The notes: generated from the sequence alone by a model not told the origin. Counted from the stretch's first letter, positions 37,611 to 46,966 are shown. The stretch is 64,000 nt of DNA from an uncultured Actinomycetes bacterium (GCA_963766935.1 CAVYBY010000012.1:20945-84944); one strand, 5' to 3'. Numbers and translations: made by a program.

Positions 37611-40160
37611 CTACTCGTACGCGATCGACTCGAGCACGTTGAGCTTCGCGGCTCGCCGGGCCGGCCAGATGGCGGCCAGGACCCCGGCAAGACCGGCGAA
37701 CACGACATAGAGCACGAGCTGGCGCCCGGGGATCGCGAGCTCGGTGACGCCCTGAGGCGCGAGCGCCTGCTGAAGCGCCCACCCGAAGAACGCGCCGATG
37801 CCGAGGCCGAGCACCGCGCCGAGAATCGCGATGATCACCGACTCCCACCGGATCATCGACTTGACCTGCCGGCGGCTCATGCCGACCGCGCGAAGAAGTC
37901 CGAGCTCTCGTGTTCGTTCGAAGATGGACAGGCCGAGCGTGTTCACGATGCCAAAGAGCGCGATCAGGATCGCCATCGCCAGCAGCGCGGTGATCAAGCC
38001 GAGGAGCTGATCGATGAACCCGGCCGCCTCGTCGCGGTAGGCAGCCTGGTCCTGGACCTCGATGTTGCCGAACGGCTCCGTAGCCGCGACCAGCGCCTGC
38101 TTGACGGTCGCCGCGTCCGCACCCGGCTCCAGCGTCAGCAACACCGTCGTGTCGAGCTGCTCGGGGAAGAACTGCGTATACGTGTCGAGCGAAATGAGGT
38201 AGTCCCCGACGAGCCCGTTCTCGGAGTAGATCCCGCCGATCGTGAGCGGGTGCGGTCCCGAGGCGGAGAAGGAGGCCGGGACGGTGTCGCCCACCTTCCA
38301 ACCGTGGTCGTCGGCCACGTCGTCGTGCACCAGGACGGCGCCCTGGTTGAGGGCGTCGACCGATCCGGCCTCCAGTCCGATCGAGGTGACGGGATCGAGG
38401 GTCGCCGGATCGACCGCGCTCAAGAACGACGACGATCCGTTGACGTGGAACCCGCCCTGGCGAAACTCGGCCACGGTCTGCACCCCGGGGACCGACGCAG
38501 CCGCCGACGCCACGCTCGGACTGAACGAGCCGAACGAGTTCGTGGAAAGGATGAGGTCGGCTTTGAGGGTCCTCTTGAGTGACAGCTCGAACGACGCCTT
38601 CAGCGACGCCGACAGGATCGCGACCATCGACACCAGGCCGAGGCCGATCATCAGGGCGGATGCGGTCGATGCGGTGCGCCGCGGGCTTCGCATCGCGTTC
38701 TCGCGTCCCAGCCGGCCCTGGACGCCGAGCCCGCGGATCGGGAACCCGATGGCACCGGCCAACGGCCGGGCGGCGAGCGGTGCGAGGATCGCGACCCCGA
38801 CGAACGTGACGGCTGCCCCGAGACCGATCAGCGAGACCGCGTTCGATGGGGTTGCGAACAGGCCGTACAGGAGGGCGGCGACCCCCAGACCGGTGACCAG
38901 GGCTCCGCCTACCATCCGGCGGCCGGACGATCCGGCCACCGCGGCCTCCTGCGTCTCACCGAGTGCCTGAACCGGCGTGATCCGCGACGCCCTGCGGGCC
39001 GGCATGACCGACGCGATCACCGTCACGAGGGTTCCGACGATCAGCGACACGACGATGGTCCGCATGTGGAGCTGGGTCGACGTGCTGGGCAGGTCGATTC
39101 CGAACGCGGAGAGCAGCCCCTGCAGGCCGATCGCGATGCCGATCCCGGCCACGATCCCGATGCCCGACGCGAACAGGCCGACGACCACCGCCTCGGAGAC
39201 GACCGATGTCATCACCTGCCGCCGGCTTGCCCCGAGGGCGCGCAGAAGCCCGAGCTCGCGGGTGCGCTGCGCCACGATGATCGAGAAGGTGTTGAAGATG
39301 ATGAAGGCCCCGACGAACAGGGCGATGGCGGCGAACACGAGCAGCGCGGTCCGGAAGAACCCGAGCCCCTCCTTGACCTGGTTCGACTGTTCGTCGGCAA
39401 CCGTCTTGCTGGTGACGGCTTCGGTCTTCGGCGGGAGCCCGGCCTGGATACGCTGCTGAAGCTCGCGGGCCGTGACACTCCCGTCGCCGACGACATCGAT
39501 CTCGTCGAACTCCCCCTGCTTGCCGAGCACCTGCTGGGCCGTCGGGGTCTGGAACATCGCAAGGGTGGCGCCGCCGAGGTTGTCGGCGTCGCCGAAGCCG
39601 ACGATGCCCGAGATCGTGAACTCCTGCCGGCCGCCTTCGAAGATGATCGGGATCTTCTCTCCGACCGTCAGGTTGTGCTTCTTGGCGGTCCCGGCATCGA
39701 CGACGACTTGCCCGGGACCCTCGGGCGGGGAACCCTCACGGAGCTTCAACGCCGCGTTCGCCACGAGGTTCCAGTTCGTGCCGATCGTCGGCGGCCCCAA
39801 CCCGCCGATCGTGTCCCCTGTGTCCGGATCGATCATCGTCGCGCAGCCCGAGAGTCCACCCTCGGCCGTCGCCACCCCCGGCACCGCCTGAACCGTCGTC
39901 ACCAGCGTTTCCGGGATCGAGTTGCGCTCGTCACCGCCGCATCCGCTCCCGCCGGCGATCGGGTCGAAGGCGGACGATGCGCGAACGACCACGTCGCTCC
40001 CGGACGCGGCCTGACTGAACAGCTGGTCGAAGGCGGCGTTCATGGTGTCCGTGAGCACGTACGTGCCGGCGACGAACCCGATGCCGAGGACGATCGAGAG
40101 CGCCGTCAGCATGAGACGGAGCTTCCGCGCGAACAGGCTCGTGAGGGTTGCTCGCAGCAC
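37611..40160 (-). CDS. ABC transporter permease, FtsX-like (MacB-type, two FtsX domains)
   Basis: 849 aa with two 4-TM FtsX/MacB_PCD modules. Confidence 0.85.
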   Translation of the reverse strand: MLRATLTSLFARKLRLMLTALSIVLGIGFVAGTYVLTDTMNAAFDQLFSQAASGSDVVVRASSAFDPIAGGSGCGGDERNSIPETLVTTVQAVPGVATAEGGLSGCATMIDPDTGDTIGGLGPPTIGTNWNLVANAALKLREGSPPEGPGQVVVDAGTAKKHNLTVGEKIPIIFEGGRQEFTISGIVGFGDADNLGGATLAMFQTPTAQQVLGKQGEFDEIDVVGDGSVTARELQQRIQAGLPPKTEAVTSKTVADEQSNQVKEGLGFFRTALLVFAAIALFVGAFIIFNTFSIIVAQRTRELGLLRALGASRRQVMTSVVSEAVVVGLFASGIGIVAGIGIAIGLQGLLSAFGIDLPSTSTQLHMRTIVVSLIVGTLVTVIASVMPARRASRITPVQALGETQEAAVAGSSGRRMVGGALVTGLGVAALLYGLFATPSNAVSLIGLGAAVTFVGVAILAPLAARPLAGAIGFPIRGLGVQGRLGRENAMRSPRRTASTASALMIGLGLVSMVAILSASLKASFELSLKRTLKADLILSTNSFGSFSPSVASAAASVPGVQTVAEFRQGGFHVNGSSSFLSAVDPATLDPVTSIGLEAGSVDALNQGAVLVHDDVADDHGWKVGDTVPASFSASGPHPLTIGGIYSENGLVGDYLISLDTYTQFFPEQLDTTVLLTLEPGADAATVKQALVAATEPFGNIEVQDQAAYRDEAAGFIDQLLGLITALLAMAILIALFGIVNTLGLSIFERTRELGLLRAVGMSRRQVKSMIRWESVIIAILGAVLGLGIGAFFGWALQQALAPQGVTELAIPGRQLVLYVVFAGLAGVLAAIWPARRAAKLNVLESIAYE

Positions 40161-40162
40161 GA

Positions 40163-40933
40163 TCAGGTCTCGAGCAACTTGATCCTGTCGAACACGCGCT
40201 CCGCCGTCGGATCGCGCATTTCGTCGGCCACGTTGCCGTCCTCGAGGAACACGACCCGGTTCGCGTAGGCAGCGGCGCTGGCGTCGTGCGTCACCATGAC
40301 CATCGTCTGTCCATGGTCACGGACCGCCGACTGAAGGAATGCCAGCAGCTCCGCGCCGGATCGCGAATCGAGATTGCCGGTCGGCTCGTCCGCGAACACG
40401 ATGTCGGGGCGAGCGACGAGCGCGCGGGCCCCGGCGACCCGCTGTTGCTGCCCGCCCGACATCTCGCTCGGCTTGTGCGACAACCGATCGCCCAGGTGCA
40501 CGGCTTCGACCACCGTGTCGAACCATGACCGGTCCACGTTCCGGCCGGCGATGTCGAGCGGGAGCGTGATGTTCTCTTTTGCCGTCAGCGTGGGCACGAG
40601 GTTGTACGCCTGGAAGACGAATCCCACGTGATCTCGGCGGAGTCTCGTCAGCTCTTTCTCTTTGAGCTTCGTGATGTCGACGTCGCCGATGAACACCCGG
40701 CCGCTGGTCGGTTTGTCCAGCCCGGCCATGCAGTGAAGGAGCGTCGACTTCCCCGAGCCGGACGGGCCCATGATCGCCGTGAACTCCCCGGCCACGAAGT
40801 CGACGGACACGCCTCGAAGCGCCTGGACGGCGGCGTCGCCTTTTCCGAAGGTCTTGCGCAGGTCCTCCGCCCGTGCCGCCACGGAGGAACCGGCGTCGGG
40901 ACGGTCTGGCATCTCGTGCTGGATGTCGGCCAT
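40163..40933 (-). CDS. ABC transporter ATP-binding protein
   Basis: 256 aa from the ATG at 40933 with Walker [10 protein letters not shown], signature LSGGQQQR and Walker B. It ends 2 nt before the permease start. Confidence 0.9.
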   Translation of the reverse strand: MADIQHEMPDRPDAGSSVAARAEDLRKTFGKGDAAVQALRGVSVDFVAGEFTAIMGPSGSGKSTLLHCMAGLDKPTSGRVFIGDVDITKLKEKELTRLRRDHVGFVFQAYNLVPTLTAKENITLPLDIAGRNVDRSWFDTVVEAVHLGDRLSHKPSEMSGGQQQRVAGARALVARPDIVFADEPTGNLDSRSGAELLAFLQSAVRDHGQTMVMVTHDASAAAYANRVVFLEDGNVADEMRDPTAERVFDRIKLLET

Positions 40934-41129
40934 GGGCGGACACGATACGAGCCGTGGCCCGGCCTCGCATGTCCGCTGCGTACAGCGACTCGGAGCGGCC
41001 CCCAGTTGCGGGGGACCAGGACAGCAGAATCGTTCGAAGCGGCGGTTTGCCCGGGGCATCGCTCACCGAACGCCTTGCGGCGTGTGGCGCGTCCGGTCCC
41101 AGCGGTACTCAGAGAGAGCGGGGTTTCCG

Positions 41130-41357
41130 CTACCTCATCCTGAAGCCTTCGCCCTCGGTGTCGTCCTCGGTCTCACCGACCTTCAGCCTGAAGCCTTCGC
41201 CTTCGGTGTCGTCCTCGGTCTCACCGAGCTTGATCTTGAAGGATTCGCCTTCGGTGTCGTTGGCAGACGTGCCTTCCGCGTCGCCCTCTTCGATGACGTG
41301 CCTGACACTTTGGCCCTCCGTGTCCTCAGAGTCCTGCGGGTCCTTCTCCTCGGCCAT
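41130..41357 (-). CDS. Hypothetical small, highly acidic tandem-repeat protein (75 aa)
   Basis: ATG at 41357 with a GGGAGG SD 6 nt upstream. It is Asp/Glu/Thr/Gly-rich with three GEGF(K/R)(I/L)K(L/V)GETEDDTE repeats encoded by a 48 to 49-bp DNA tandem repeat. No family is recognised. Confidence 0.45.
   Translation of the reverse strand: MAEEKDPQDSEDTEGQSVRHVIEEGDAEGTSANDTEGESFKIKLGETEDDTEGEGFRLKVGETEDDTEGEGFRMR
41141..41262. repeat. 48 to 49-bp tandem repeat (about 2.5 copies) inside the acidic small ORF
   Basis: Units at 41141 to 41189 and 41190 to 41238, plus a partial third copy (gaagccttcgcc(c/t)tcggtgtcgtcctcggtctcaccga...). Confidence 0.8.
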
Positions 41358-41569
41358 CTCTGGCCTCCCTTCGTCGGGGGTGTGGCCCCACACTTCACGA
41401 GATCAAGGGTCGGCGCAACCCCGCGCGCCTGTCAGGTTGCCGACACGATCGATGGCGACCACCTCGTTCCTCGCTCGGCCGGATGAGGCCGAGACTGCCG
41501 AGGGGGATATAGGCGCTCTGATGACCGAGCGCGCAGAGTGTCGATGACCAGGGCAAACACCGATTGTCG

Positions 41570-41641
41570 TGGGCGCGGCAGGTTTCGAACCTGCGACCTC
41601 TTGCGTGTGAAGCAAGCGCTCTCCCGCTGAGCTACGCGCCC
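41570..41641 (-). tRNA. tRNA-Val (anticodon CAC)
   Basis: A 72-nt cloverleaf folded by hand: GGGCGCG acceptor, GCTC/GAGC D-stem, anticodon loop TTCACAC, T-loop TTCGAAA. CCA is not encoded. Confidence 0.85.
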
Positions 41642-41706
41642 GAGATTCCGGAGTCTAGCGAACGCCCGAGGCAGATCGGACGGGGAAGGAGCCGGAGGAA
41701 AGCGCA

Positions 41707-41752
41707 AGGGAAAAAGAATGACGGCGGCACGTGCCCGCGTCGTGCCGCCGTC
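41707..41752 (-). terminator. Putative intrinsic terminator between tRNA-Val(GAC) and tRNA-Val(CAC)
   Basis: A perfect 12-bp GC-rich inverted repeat (gacggcggcacg / cgtgccgccgtc) with a 9-nt loop, followed on the minus strand by ATTCTTTTTCCC. Confidence 0.5.
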
Positions 41753-41975
41753 GCCGCCGAGCCGAGTGGGCCCGGACGAAAGCGACAGAGTCTGGCACGG
41801 AAAGGCGAGGCCACGCAATACGCCGACGGTCCCTCGCTGGGGCTGACTCGAAGCGCAACGAGGGGCCCCGCGGTGGGCCAGGTTGAGACGGCTCCCGATC
41901 GACCCCACAAGACCGCATTCGCCATCCGCACGAGGAACCGAAGGGCGGCCGGGGCGGCCTCGACCCGGCGTCGCG

Positions 41976-42050
41976 TGGTGGGCGCTAGAGGATTTGAACC
42001 TCTGACCTCTTCCGTGTCAGGGAAGCGCTCTCCCCCTGAGCTAAGCGCCC
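41976..42050 (-). tRNA. tRNA-Val (anticodon GAC)
   Basis: 75 nt including the encoded CCA, with anticodon loop CTGACAC and T-loop TTCAAAT. Confidence 0.85.
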
Positions 42051-42096
42051 TTGTGACCGATCGTAGCCGATGGGGTGAGTGCGACGACCGAACTCG

Positions 42097-42168
42097 AGGC
42101 GGGGACCGGAATCGAACCGGTGTGCGGGGCTTTGCAGGCCCCTGCCTAAACCACTCGGCCACCCCGCC
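42097..42168 (-). tRNA. tRNA-Cys (anticodon GCA)
   Basis: 72 nt: GGCGGGG acceptor, anticodon loop CTGCAAA, T-loop TTCGATT, discriminator U. Confidence 0.85.
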
Positions 42169-42230
42169 GGATCTGGGTCAGTCTACGAAGAAGACAAACA
42201 GACGGCCGCCCGCAGGCGGCCGTCTCACCG

Positions 42231-42302
42231 AGCGGACGACGGGATTCGAACCCGCGACCCCCACCTTGGCAAGGTGGTGCTCTACCACTGAGCCACGTCC
42301 GC
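42231..42302 (-). tRNA. tRNA-Gly (anticodon GCC)
   Basis: 72 nt with anticodon loop TTGCCAA. The Gly-Cys-Val order matches the mycobacterial glyV-cysU-valU cluster. Confidence 0.85.
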
Positions 42303-42345
42303 GCGCCGATCCATCCTAGAGTCGGCTTCCGGGGCCTTCAACCGG

Positions 42346-42786
42346 TCAGGTGGTGCCCGTCGACCCGAACCCTCGCTCGCCCCGCTCGGAAACCGGCAGC
42401 TCCTCGACCCAGACCGCGCTCACGGCCGGCACCGCGACGATCACCAGCTGGGCGATGCGATCGCCGACCGCGAGCTTGACCGCCTCGTCACGGTCGAGGT
42501 TCACCACCGCGCAGACGAGCTCGCCTCGATACCCCGAGTCGATCAGGCCGGGCGCGTTCGCCAGGGTGAGACCGTGCTTCGAGGCCAGCCCCGACCGGGG
42601 AAGGACGAGCCCCGCGTACCCATCCGGGATCGCCACGGCGACGCCGGTCGGGACCATCGCCCGCTCCCCCGGCAGCACCTCGATGTCGACCGCCGACCGC
42701 AGGTCGAGCCCGGCATCGCCCGGATACGCGGCCGCCGGCAGCTCCCCCTCGGCGCGCAGCCGGCGGACGGGAAGCTCGGGGCTCAT
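42346..42786 (-). CDS. dut: dUTP diphosphatase
   Basis: 146 aa with dUTPase motifs (AGLDL, RSGLA, GLIDSGYRGE). It makes an ATGA overlap with the stop of the upstream VOC gene. Confidence 0.9.
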   Translation of the reverse strand: MSPELPVRRLRAEGELPAAAYPGDAGLDLRSAVDIEVLPGERAMVPTGVAVAIPDGYAGLVLPRSGLASKHGLTLANAPGLIDSGYRGELVCAVVNLDRDEAVKLAVGDRIAQLVIVAVPAVSAVWVEELPVSERGERGFGSTGTT

Positions 42787-43163
42787 TGCGTCTCTTCGAT
42801 CAGCTCGATCCGGTTGCCGAACGGGTCACGCACATAGATCCGCTCGTACCCCTCGAGCGGCACGCTGTCCATGACGCGATAGCCCGCCTCTTCCACCCGG
42901 GCGCGGAGCGTGTCGAGATCGGAGACGAGGAACGCCGGGTGCGCCTTCACGGCCGGGGTGAACGTCTCCTCCACCCCGAGATGCACCTCGAGCGTGCCGT
43001 CACGGAACCAGACACCACCACGCGGGGAGAGCTCCGACGGCTTCTCGACGCGCGTCAGCCCGAGCACGTCGCCGTAGAACTTGACCGCCGAGTCCTCTTC
43101 GTCGGGCGGCATCGCGAGCTGCACGTGATGCAGCCCGAGGAGCCGTGCTGCGTCTTCGTCCAC
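42783..43163 (-). CDS. VOC (glyoxalase/bleomycin-resistance) family protein
   Basis: About 126 aa from the GTG at 43163, 8 nt after the nrdJ stop (HHVQLAMPPDEEDSAVKFYGDVLGL...GNRIELIE). The 596-aa ORF-track call is a run-through overlapping nrdJ in another frame. Confidence 0.7.
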   Translation of the reverse strand: MDEDAARLLGLHHVQLAMPPDEEDSAVKFYGDVLGLTRVEKPSELSPRGGVWFRDGTLEVHLGVEETFTPAVKAHPAFLVSDLDTLRARVEEAGYRVMDSVPLEGYERIYVRDPFGNRIELIEETQ

Positions 43164-43171
43164 GCCGCAGT

Positions 43172-45922
43172 CTATGAGCAGCCGCTGGTGCTGCCACAAC
43201 TCGAGCAGACGTAGCACGAACCCGCCGGCTGCATCTTCGACCCGCACGAGTAGCAGAGCGGCGCGTCGAGCACCCTCGCGGTGGGCCGCTCGGCCGACCG
43301 GTCGGCCGGCCGATTCGTCAGCTCGATCACGATCGGATCCGGATCGTCGGGCCCGCCCCAGACCGCCGGCGGGCCGGCGATCTCGTCGGCAGCATCGGCC
43401 TTGCGCTCCTCGATCGACCGGATCCCGATTGCCTCCCGCTCCTCGAGCGACAAGAAGTCGAGCGCCAGGCGGCGGAAGACGTAGTCGACGAGCGAGGACG
43501 CGAAGCGGATGTCCGGGTCGTTCGTCATCCCCGACGGCTCGAACTTCGTGTTGACGAACTTCGACACGTAGGCGTCGAGCGGCACGCCGTACTGGAGCCC
43601 GATCGAGATCGCGATCGAGAACGCGTCCATGACACCGGCGAGCGTCGAGCCCTGCTTCGACGTCTTCAGGAAGATCTCCCCGAGGCCGTCGTTCGGATAC
43701 GAGCTGGCCGTGATGTATCCCTCGGCGCCCCCGACCTCGAACTTCGTGGTGACGGACGGGCGGCTCCGGGGCAGCCGCATCCGAACCGGTTGCGAGCGCC
43801 CGGCCGGGGCCGGCGCCTCCTGTGGCTTCTTCTTGTCCGCCGAAAGCGGCTGCGCGACCTTGCAGTTGTCGCGATAGATGGCGACCGCCTTCAGACCCAG
43901 CCGCCAGGACTCGACGAAGAGCTGCTCGACCTCTTCGACCGTCGCCTCCTCGGGCATGTTGACCGTCTTGGAGATGGCCCCGGAGATGAACGGCTGGGCC
44001 GCCGCCATCATCCGGACGTGTCCCATGTAGTGGATCGGACTGTCGCCCATCGCCGTGTCGAAGACCGCCTTGTGCTCGTCGGCCATGTGCGGCGCCTCGT
44101 TCACCGAGTTGTGCTCGGCGATGTAGGCGACGACGTCGTCGACCTGCTCGCGCGTGTACCCGAGCCGGGAGAGCGCCCGCGGCACCGTCTGGTTGACGAA
44201 CTGCATCGTCCCGCCGCCGACGAGCTTCTTCGTCTTGACGAGGGCGAGCTCGGGTTCGATCCCGGTGGTGTCGCAGTCCATCATCAGCCCGATCGTGCCG
44301 GTCGGCGCGAGCACCGATGCCTGCGCGTTGCGGTATCCCTCGAGCTCGCCGGCCGCCACGGCCTCGTCCCAGGACTGCTTCGCGGCCGACAGGACCGCCT
44401 CGGGGACGAGCTCGCCGTCGATCTGCTCGGTCGCCGCGCGGTGCTTGCGCATCACCCGGAGCATGGCGTCGGCGTTGGGGGCGTAACCCTCGAAGGGTCC
44501 CTTGACCGCCGCGATCCCCGCGCTGGTGCGGTAGGCCCAGCCCGTCATGATCGCGGTGATGGCCCCCGCCCACGCACGCCCGCCGTCGGAGTCATACGGC
44601 AGGCCGCGCGCCATCAGCAGCGCGCCGAGGTTCGCGTATCCGAGACCCAGCTGCCGGAATGCCCGAGCGTTCTCGCCGATGGCCGGCGTCGGGTAGTCGG
44701 CCTCGCCCACGATGATCTCCTGGGCCGTGAAGACGATCTCGACCGCGTGCTTGAACGAGGCGACGTCGAACGTCCCGTCGTCGCCGAGGAACTTCATCAG
44801 GTTGAGCGACGCGAGGTTGCACGCGCTGTTGTCGAGGTGCATGTACTCACTGCAGGGGTTCGAGCCGTTGATGCGGCCGGTCGCCGGGCACGTGTGCCAT
44901 TCGTTGATGGTCGTGTCGTACTGCATGCCCGGGTCCGCGCACTCCCACGCCGCCTGCGCGATCTGGCGCATCAGGTCCCGCGCCCGGGTCGTCTCGATGG
45001 TCTCCCCCGTCTTGACCGCCTTCAGCCGCCAGTCCTGGTCCTGCTCGTAGGCGCGCATGAACTCGTCGTTGACGCGGACGGAGTTGTTCGCGTTCTGGTA
45101 CTGGATCGAGTGGCTGTCGCGGCCGTCGAGATCCATGTCGAACCCGGCGTCGCGCAGGGCCCGCGCCTTTCGCTCCTCGTTGGCCTTGCACCAGATGAAG
45201 TCCCCGACGTCGGGGTGGTCCACGTCGAGGATGACCATCTTGGCCGCGCGGCGCGTCTTGCCCCCGGACTTGATGGTGCCGGCCGAGGCGTCGGCGCCCC
45301 GCATGAAGCTGACCGGGCCCGAGGCCGTCCCGCCGCCGGCGAGGGCCTCCTTCGACGAGCGGATCTTCGACAGGTTGATCCCGGACCCGGATCCGCCCTT
45401 GAAGATCGTTCCTTCCTCGACGTACCAGTTGAGGATCGAGGACATCGTGTCGTCGACCGCCAGGATGAAGCACGCGCTGCACTGCTGCGGCGTGTCCGGC
45501 ACCCCGAGGTTGAACCACACCGGCGAGTTGAACGCGGCCTTCTGACTTGCGAGGACGTGGCTCAGCTCGTCGGCGAAGACCTGCGCGTCCCTGTCGCTCG
45601 CGAAGTAGCCGTTTCGCTCGCCCCAGACGCGAACCGTGTCGACGACCCGCGACACGAGCTGGCGCACGGACGACTCCCGCTGGGGCGTCCCGAGCGTTCC
45701 GCGGAAGTACTTCTGGGCGACGATGTTGGTGGCGTTCTGCGACCAACCCTTGGGGAACTCGACGTCGCGCTGCTCGAACGCGTTGCCACCCTCCTTGTAG
45801 TTGGGGATGACTGCGTCGCGCACCTCCCACTCGATCTCGTCGAAGGGATGCGTGCCCTCCGTCGTGAAGTACCGATTGAAGGTGAGGCCTTTGACCTCGA
45901 CGTCCGCGTCTTGCTTCGCCAC
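43172..45922 (-). CDS. nrdJ: Class II (adenosylcobalamin-dependent) ribonucleoside-diphosphate reductase NrdJ
   Basis: 916 aa with a C-terminal CxxC...CxxC zinc ribbon. The start is GTG with a GAGGGGGA SD. Confidence 0.9.
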   Translation of the reverse strand: MAKQDADVEVKGLTFNRYFTTEGTHPFDEIEWEVRDAVIPNYKEGGNAFEQRDVEFPKGWSQNATNIVAQKYFRGTLGTPQRESSVRQLVSRVVDTVRVWGERNGYFASDRDAQVFADELSHVLASQKAAFNSPVWFNLGVPDTPQQCSACFILAVDDTMSSILNWYVEEGTIFKGGSGSGINLSKIRSSKEALAGGGTASGPVSFMRGADASAGTIKSGGKTRRAAKMVILDVDHPDVGDFIWCKANEERKARALRDAGFDMDLDGRDSHSIQYQNANNSVRVNDEFMRAYEQDQDWRLKAVKTGETIETTRARDLMRQIAQAAWECADPGMQYDTTINEWHTCPATGRINGSNPCSEYMHLDNSACNLASLNLMKFLGDDGTFDVASFKHAVEIVFTAQEIIVGEADYPTPAIGENARAFRQLGLGYANLGALLMARGLPYDSDGGRAWAGAITAIMTGWAYRTSAGIAAVKGPFEGYAPNADAMLRVMRKHRAATEQIDGELVPEAVLSAAKQSWDEAVAAGELEGYRNAQASVLAPTGTIGLMMDCDTTGIEPELALVKTKKLVGGGTMQFVNQTVPRALSRLGYTREQVDDVVAYIAEHNSVNEAPHMADEHKAVFDTAMGDSPIHYMGHVRMMAAAQPFISGAISKTVNMPEEATVEEVEQLFVESWRLGLKAVAIYRDNCKVAQPLSADKKKPQEAPAPAGRSQPVRMRLPRSRPSVTTKFEVGGAEGYITASSYPNDGLGEIFLKTSKQGSTLAGVMDAFSIAISIGLQYGVPLDAYVSKFVNTKFEPSGMTNDPDIRFASSLVDYVFRRLALDFLSLEEREAIGIRSIEERKADAADEIAGPPAVWGGPDDPDPIVIELTNRPADRSAERPTARVLDAPLCYSCGSKMQPAGSCYVCSSCGSTSGCS

Positions 45923-46066
45923 CTGATGGTCCCCCTCTCGCTTGTTGCCGTCCGCGCGTGGCCGGGGAAGGTCACAGCCGGTGAATCACAGGGTGGTGAT
46001 TCTCACTCCAGGGTGCCGGGCTGTCAACACCATTTTCCCAACATATGGCGACATGACACATCGACA

Positions 46067-46082
46067 AACACAATATGTAGTG
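46067..46082. promoter_or_regulatory. NrdR box (14 of 16 match to acaCwAtATaTwgtgt) in the nrdR-nrdJ spacer
   Basis: The minus-strand sequence reads ccaCTACATATTGTGT. A degenerate second candidate lies about 31 bp downstream (tcgCCAtATgTtGgga, 46036 to 46051). Confidence 0.5.
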
Positions 46083-46110
46083 GTTAGCGACAATTCCTGC
46101 TGAGAGGTCC

Positions 46111-46584
46111 TCAGCGGCCGCGGCGCTTGGCCGGCTCGCGTTTCTGCAGCAGGCCGAGCTCTCGCTGGAAGTCCGTCGCGCCCTGGAAGTCCTTGTAGAC
46201 ACTGGCGAACCGCAGATACGCGACCTCGTCGAGCTTGCGGAGCTGGGAGAGCACTTCGATGCCCACCTGCTGGGAGCTGACCTCCGGCCCCTTTCGACGC
46301 AGACGCACCTCGACCCGGTCCACCAGACCGGCGACGTCGGAGACCGAAACCGGCCGGTTCTTGCCCGCCCTGGACACCCCCGCGGAGAGCTTCTCGGGGT
46401 CGAACGGCTCCTTCGAGCCGTCCCGCTTGGTCACCGTAAGGGCGATCCGCTCCGCCCGCTCGAAGGTGGTGAACCGGCGCCGGCAGCGGGCACACTCGCG
46501 CCGACGCCTGATCGCCGATCCGCCGTCGGCGGCTCGCGAATCGACGACCCGGTCCTCGTCGGCACCGCACCAGGGACACCGCAT
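46111..46584 (-). CDS. nrdR: Transcriptional repressor NrdR
   Basis: 157 aa with an N-terminal zinc ribbon (MRCPWCG...CARC), an ATP-cone and a GGGAAGG SD. Confidence 0.9.
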   Translation of the reverse strand: MRCPWCGADEDRVVDSRAADGGSAIRRRRECARCRRRFTTFERAERIALTVTKRDGSKEPFDPEKLSAGVSRAGKNRPVSVSDVAGLVDRVEVRLRRKGPEVSSQQVGIEVLSQLRKLDEVAYLRFASVYKDFQGATDFQRELGLLQKREPAKRRGR

Positions 46585-46646
46585 GAATGGACCTTCCCAC
46601 AAGATGCTGGGGACGCGGGGCACCGTAGCCGCATCATCTTGCGGCG

Positions 46647-46952
46647 TCAATCGCCGAGCGGCGCGGGTACCAGGATGACCTCGCCCTGGTGGATCCGGCC
46701 GGGATCCACGCCGTTGGCCTCGACGATCCTGGCCACCACGTCTCGCGGATCCTCGCCGGGCGCCGACCGCGATGCGATCGACCACAGCGTGTCCCCCGAG
46801 GCGACGACGACCCGCCGGGCCGCGACCGGCCGCAGGTGCCCCCGGTCCTGCGCCGCCCGGGCGCGAAGTCCCATGCCCGCGACCCAGACCATGGCGCCGA
46901 CCACCAGCCACAGGGCGATGATCCGGTCGATGCGAACACGTGTTCGGCTCAT
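46647..46952 (-). CDS. LysM domain membrane protein (Rv2719c-like, divergent from lexA)
   Basis: 101 aa from the ATG at 46952 with a TM helix plus LysM (GDTLWSIA...). The longer ORF-track call is a run-through. Confidence 0.75.
   Translation of the reverse strand: MSRTRVRIDRIIALWLVVGAMVWVAGMGLRARAAQDRGHLRPVAARRVVVASGDTLWSIASRSAPGEDPRDVVARIVEANGVDPGRIHQGEVILVPAPLGD
46933..46946. promoter_or_regulatory. LexA box CGAAC-ACGT-GTTCG lying inside codons 3 to 7 of the LysM gene
   Basis: A perfect palindrome, identical over 15 nt to the recA box. Confidence 0.65.
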
Positions 46953-46966
46953 GGCAGCATCATGCC

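Noticed and set aside
41632-42162. A 176-aa ORF across the tRNA-Val / tRNA-Cys interval that might encode a small protein
   Set aside because: It overlaps two tRNA genes and the terminator hairpin, and it has no SD. Its composition is typical of non-coding high-GC spacer.
42783-44573. A 596-aa minus-strand ORF spanning the VOC gene and half of nrdJ
   Set aside because: Only its last ~126 codons (the VOC domain) are coding. The rest is an alternate-frame read-through of nrdJ, whose own frame carries the RNR motifs.
46036-46051. A second NrdR box partnering the one at 46067 to 46082
   Set aside because: It matches only 10 of 16 positions to the consensus. I mention it as a possibility but do not call it as a feature.
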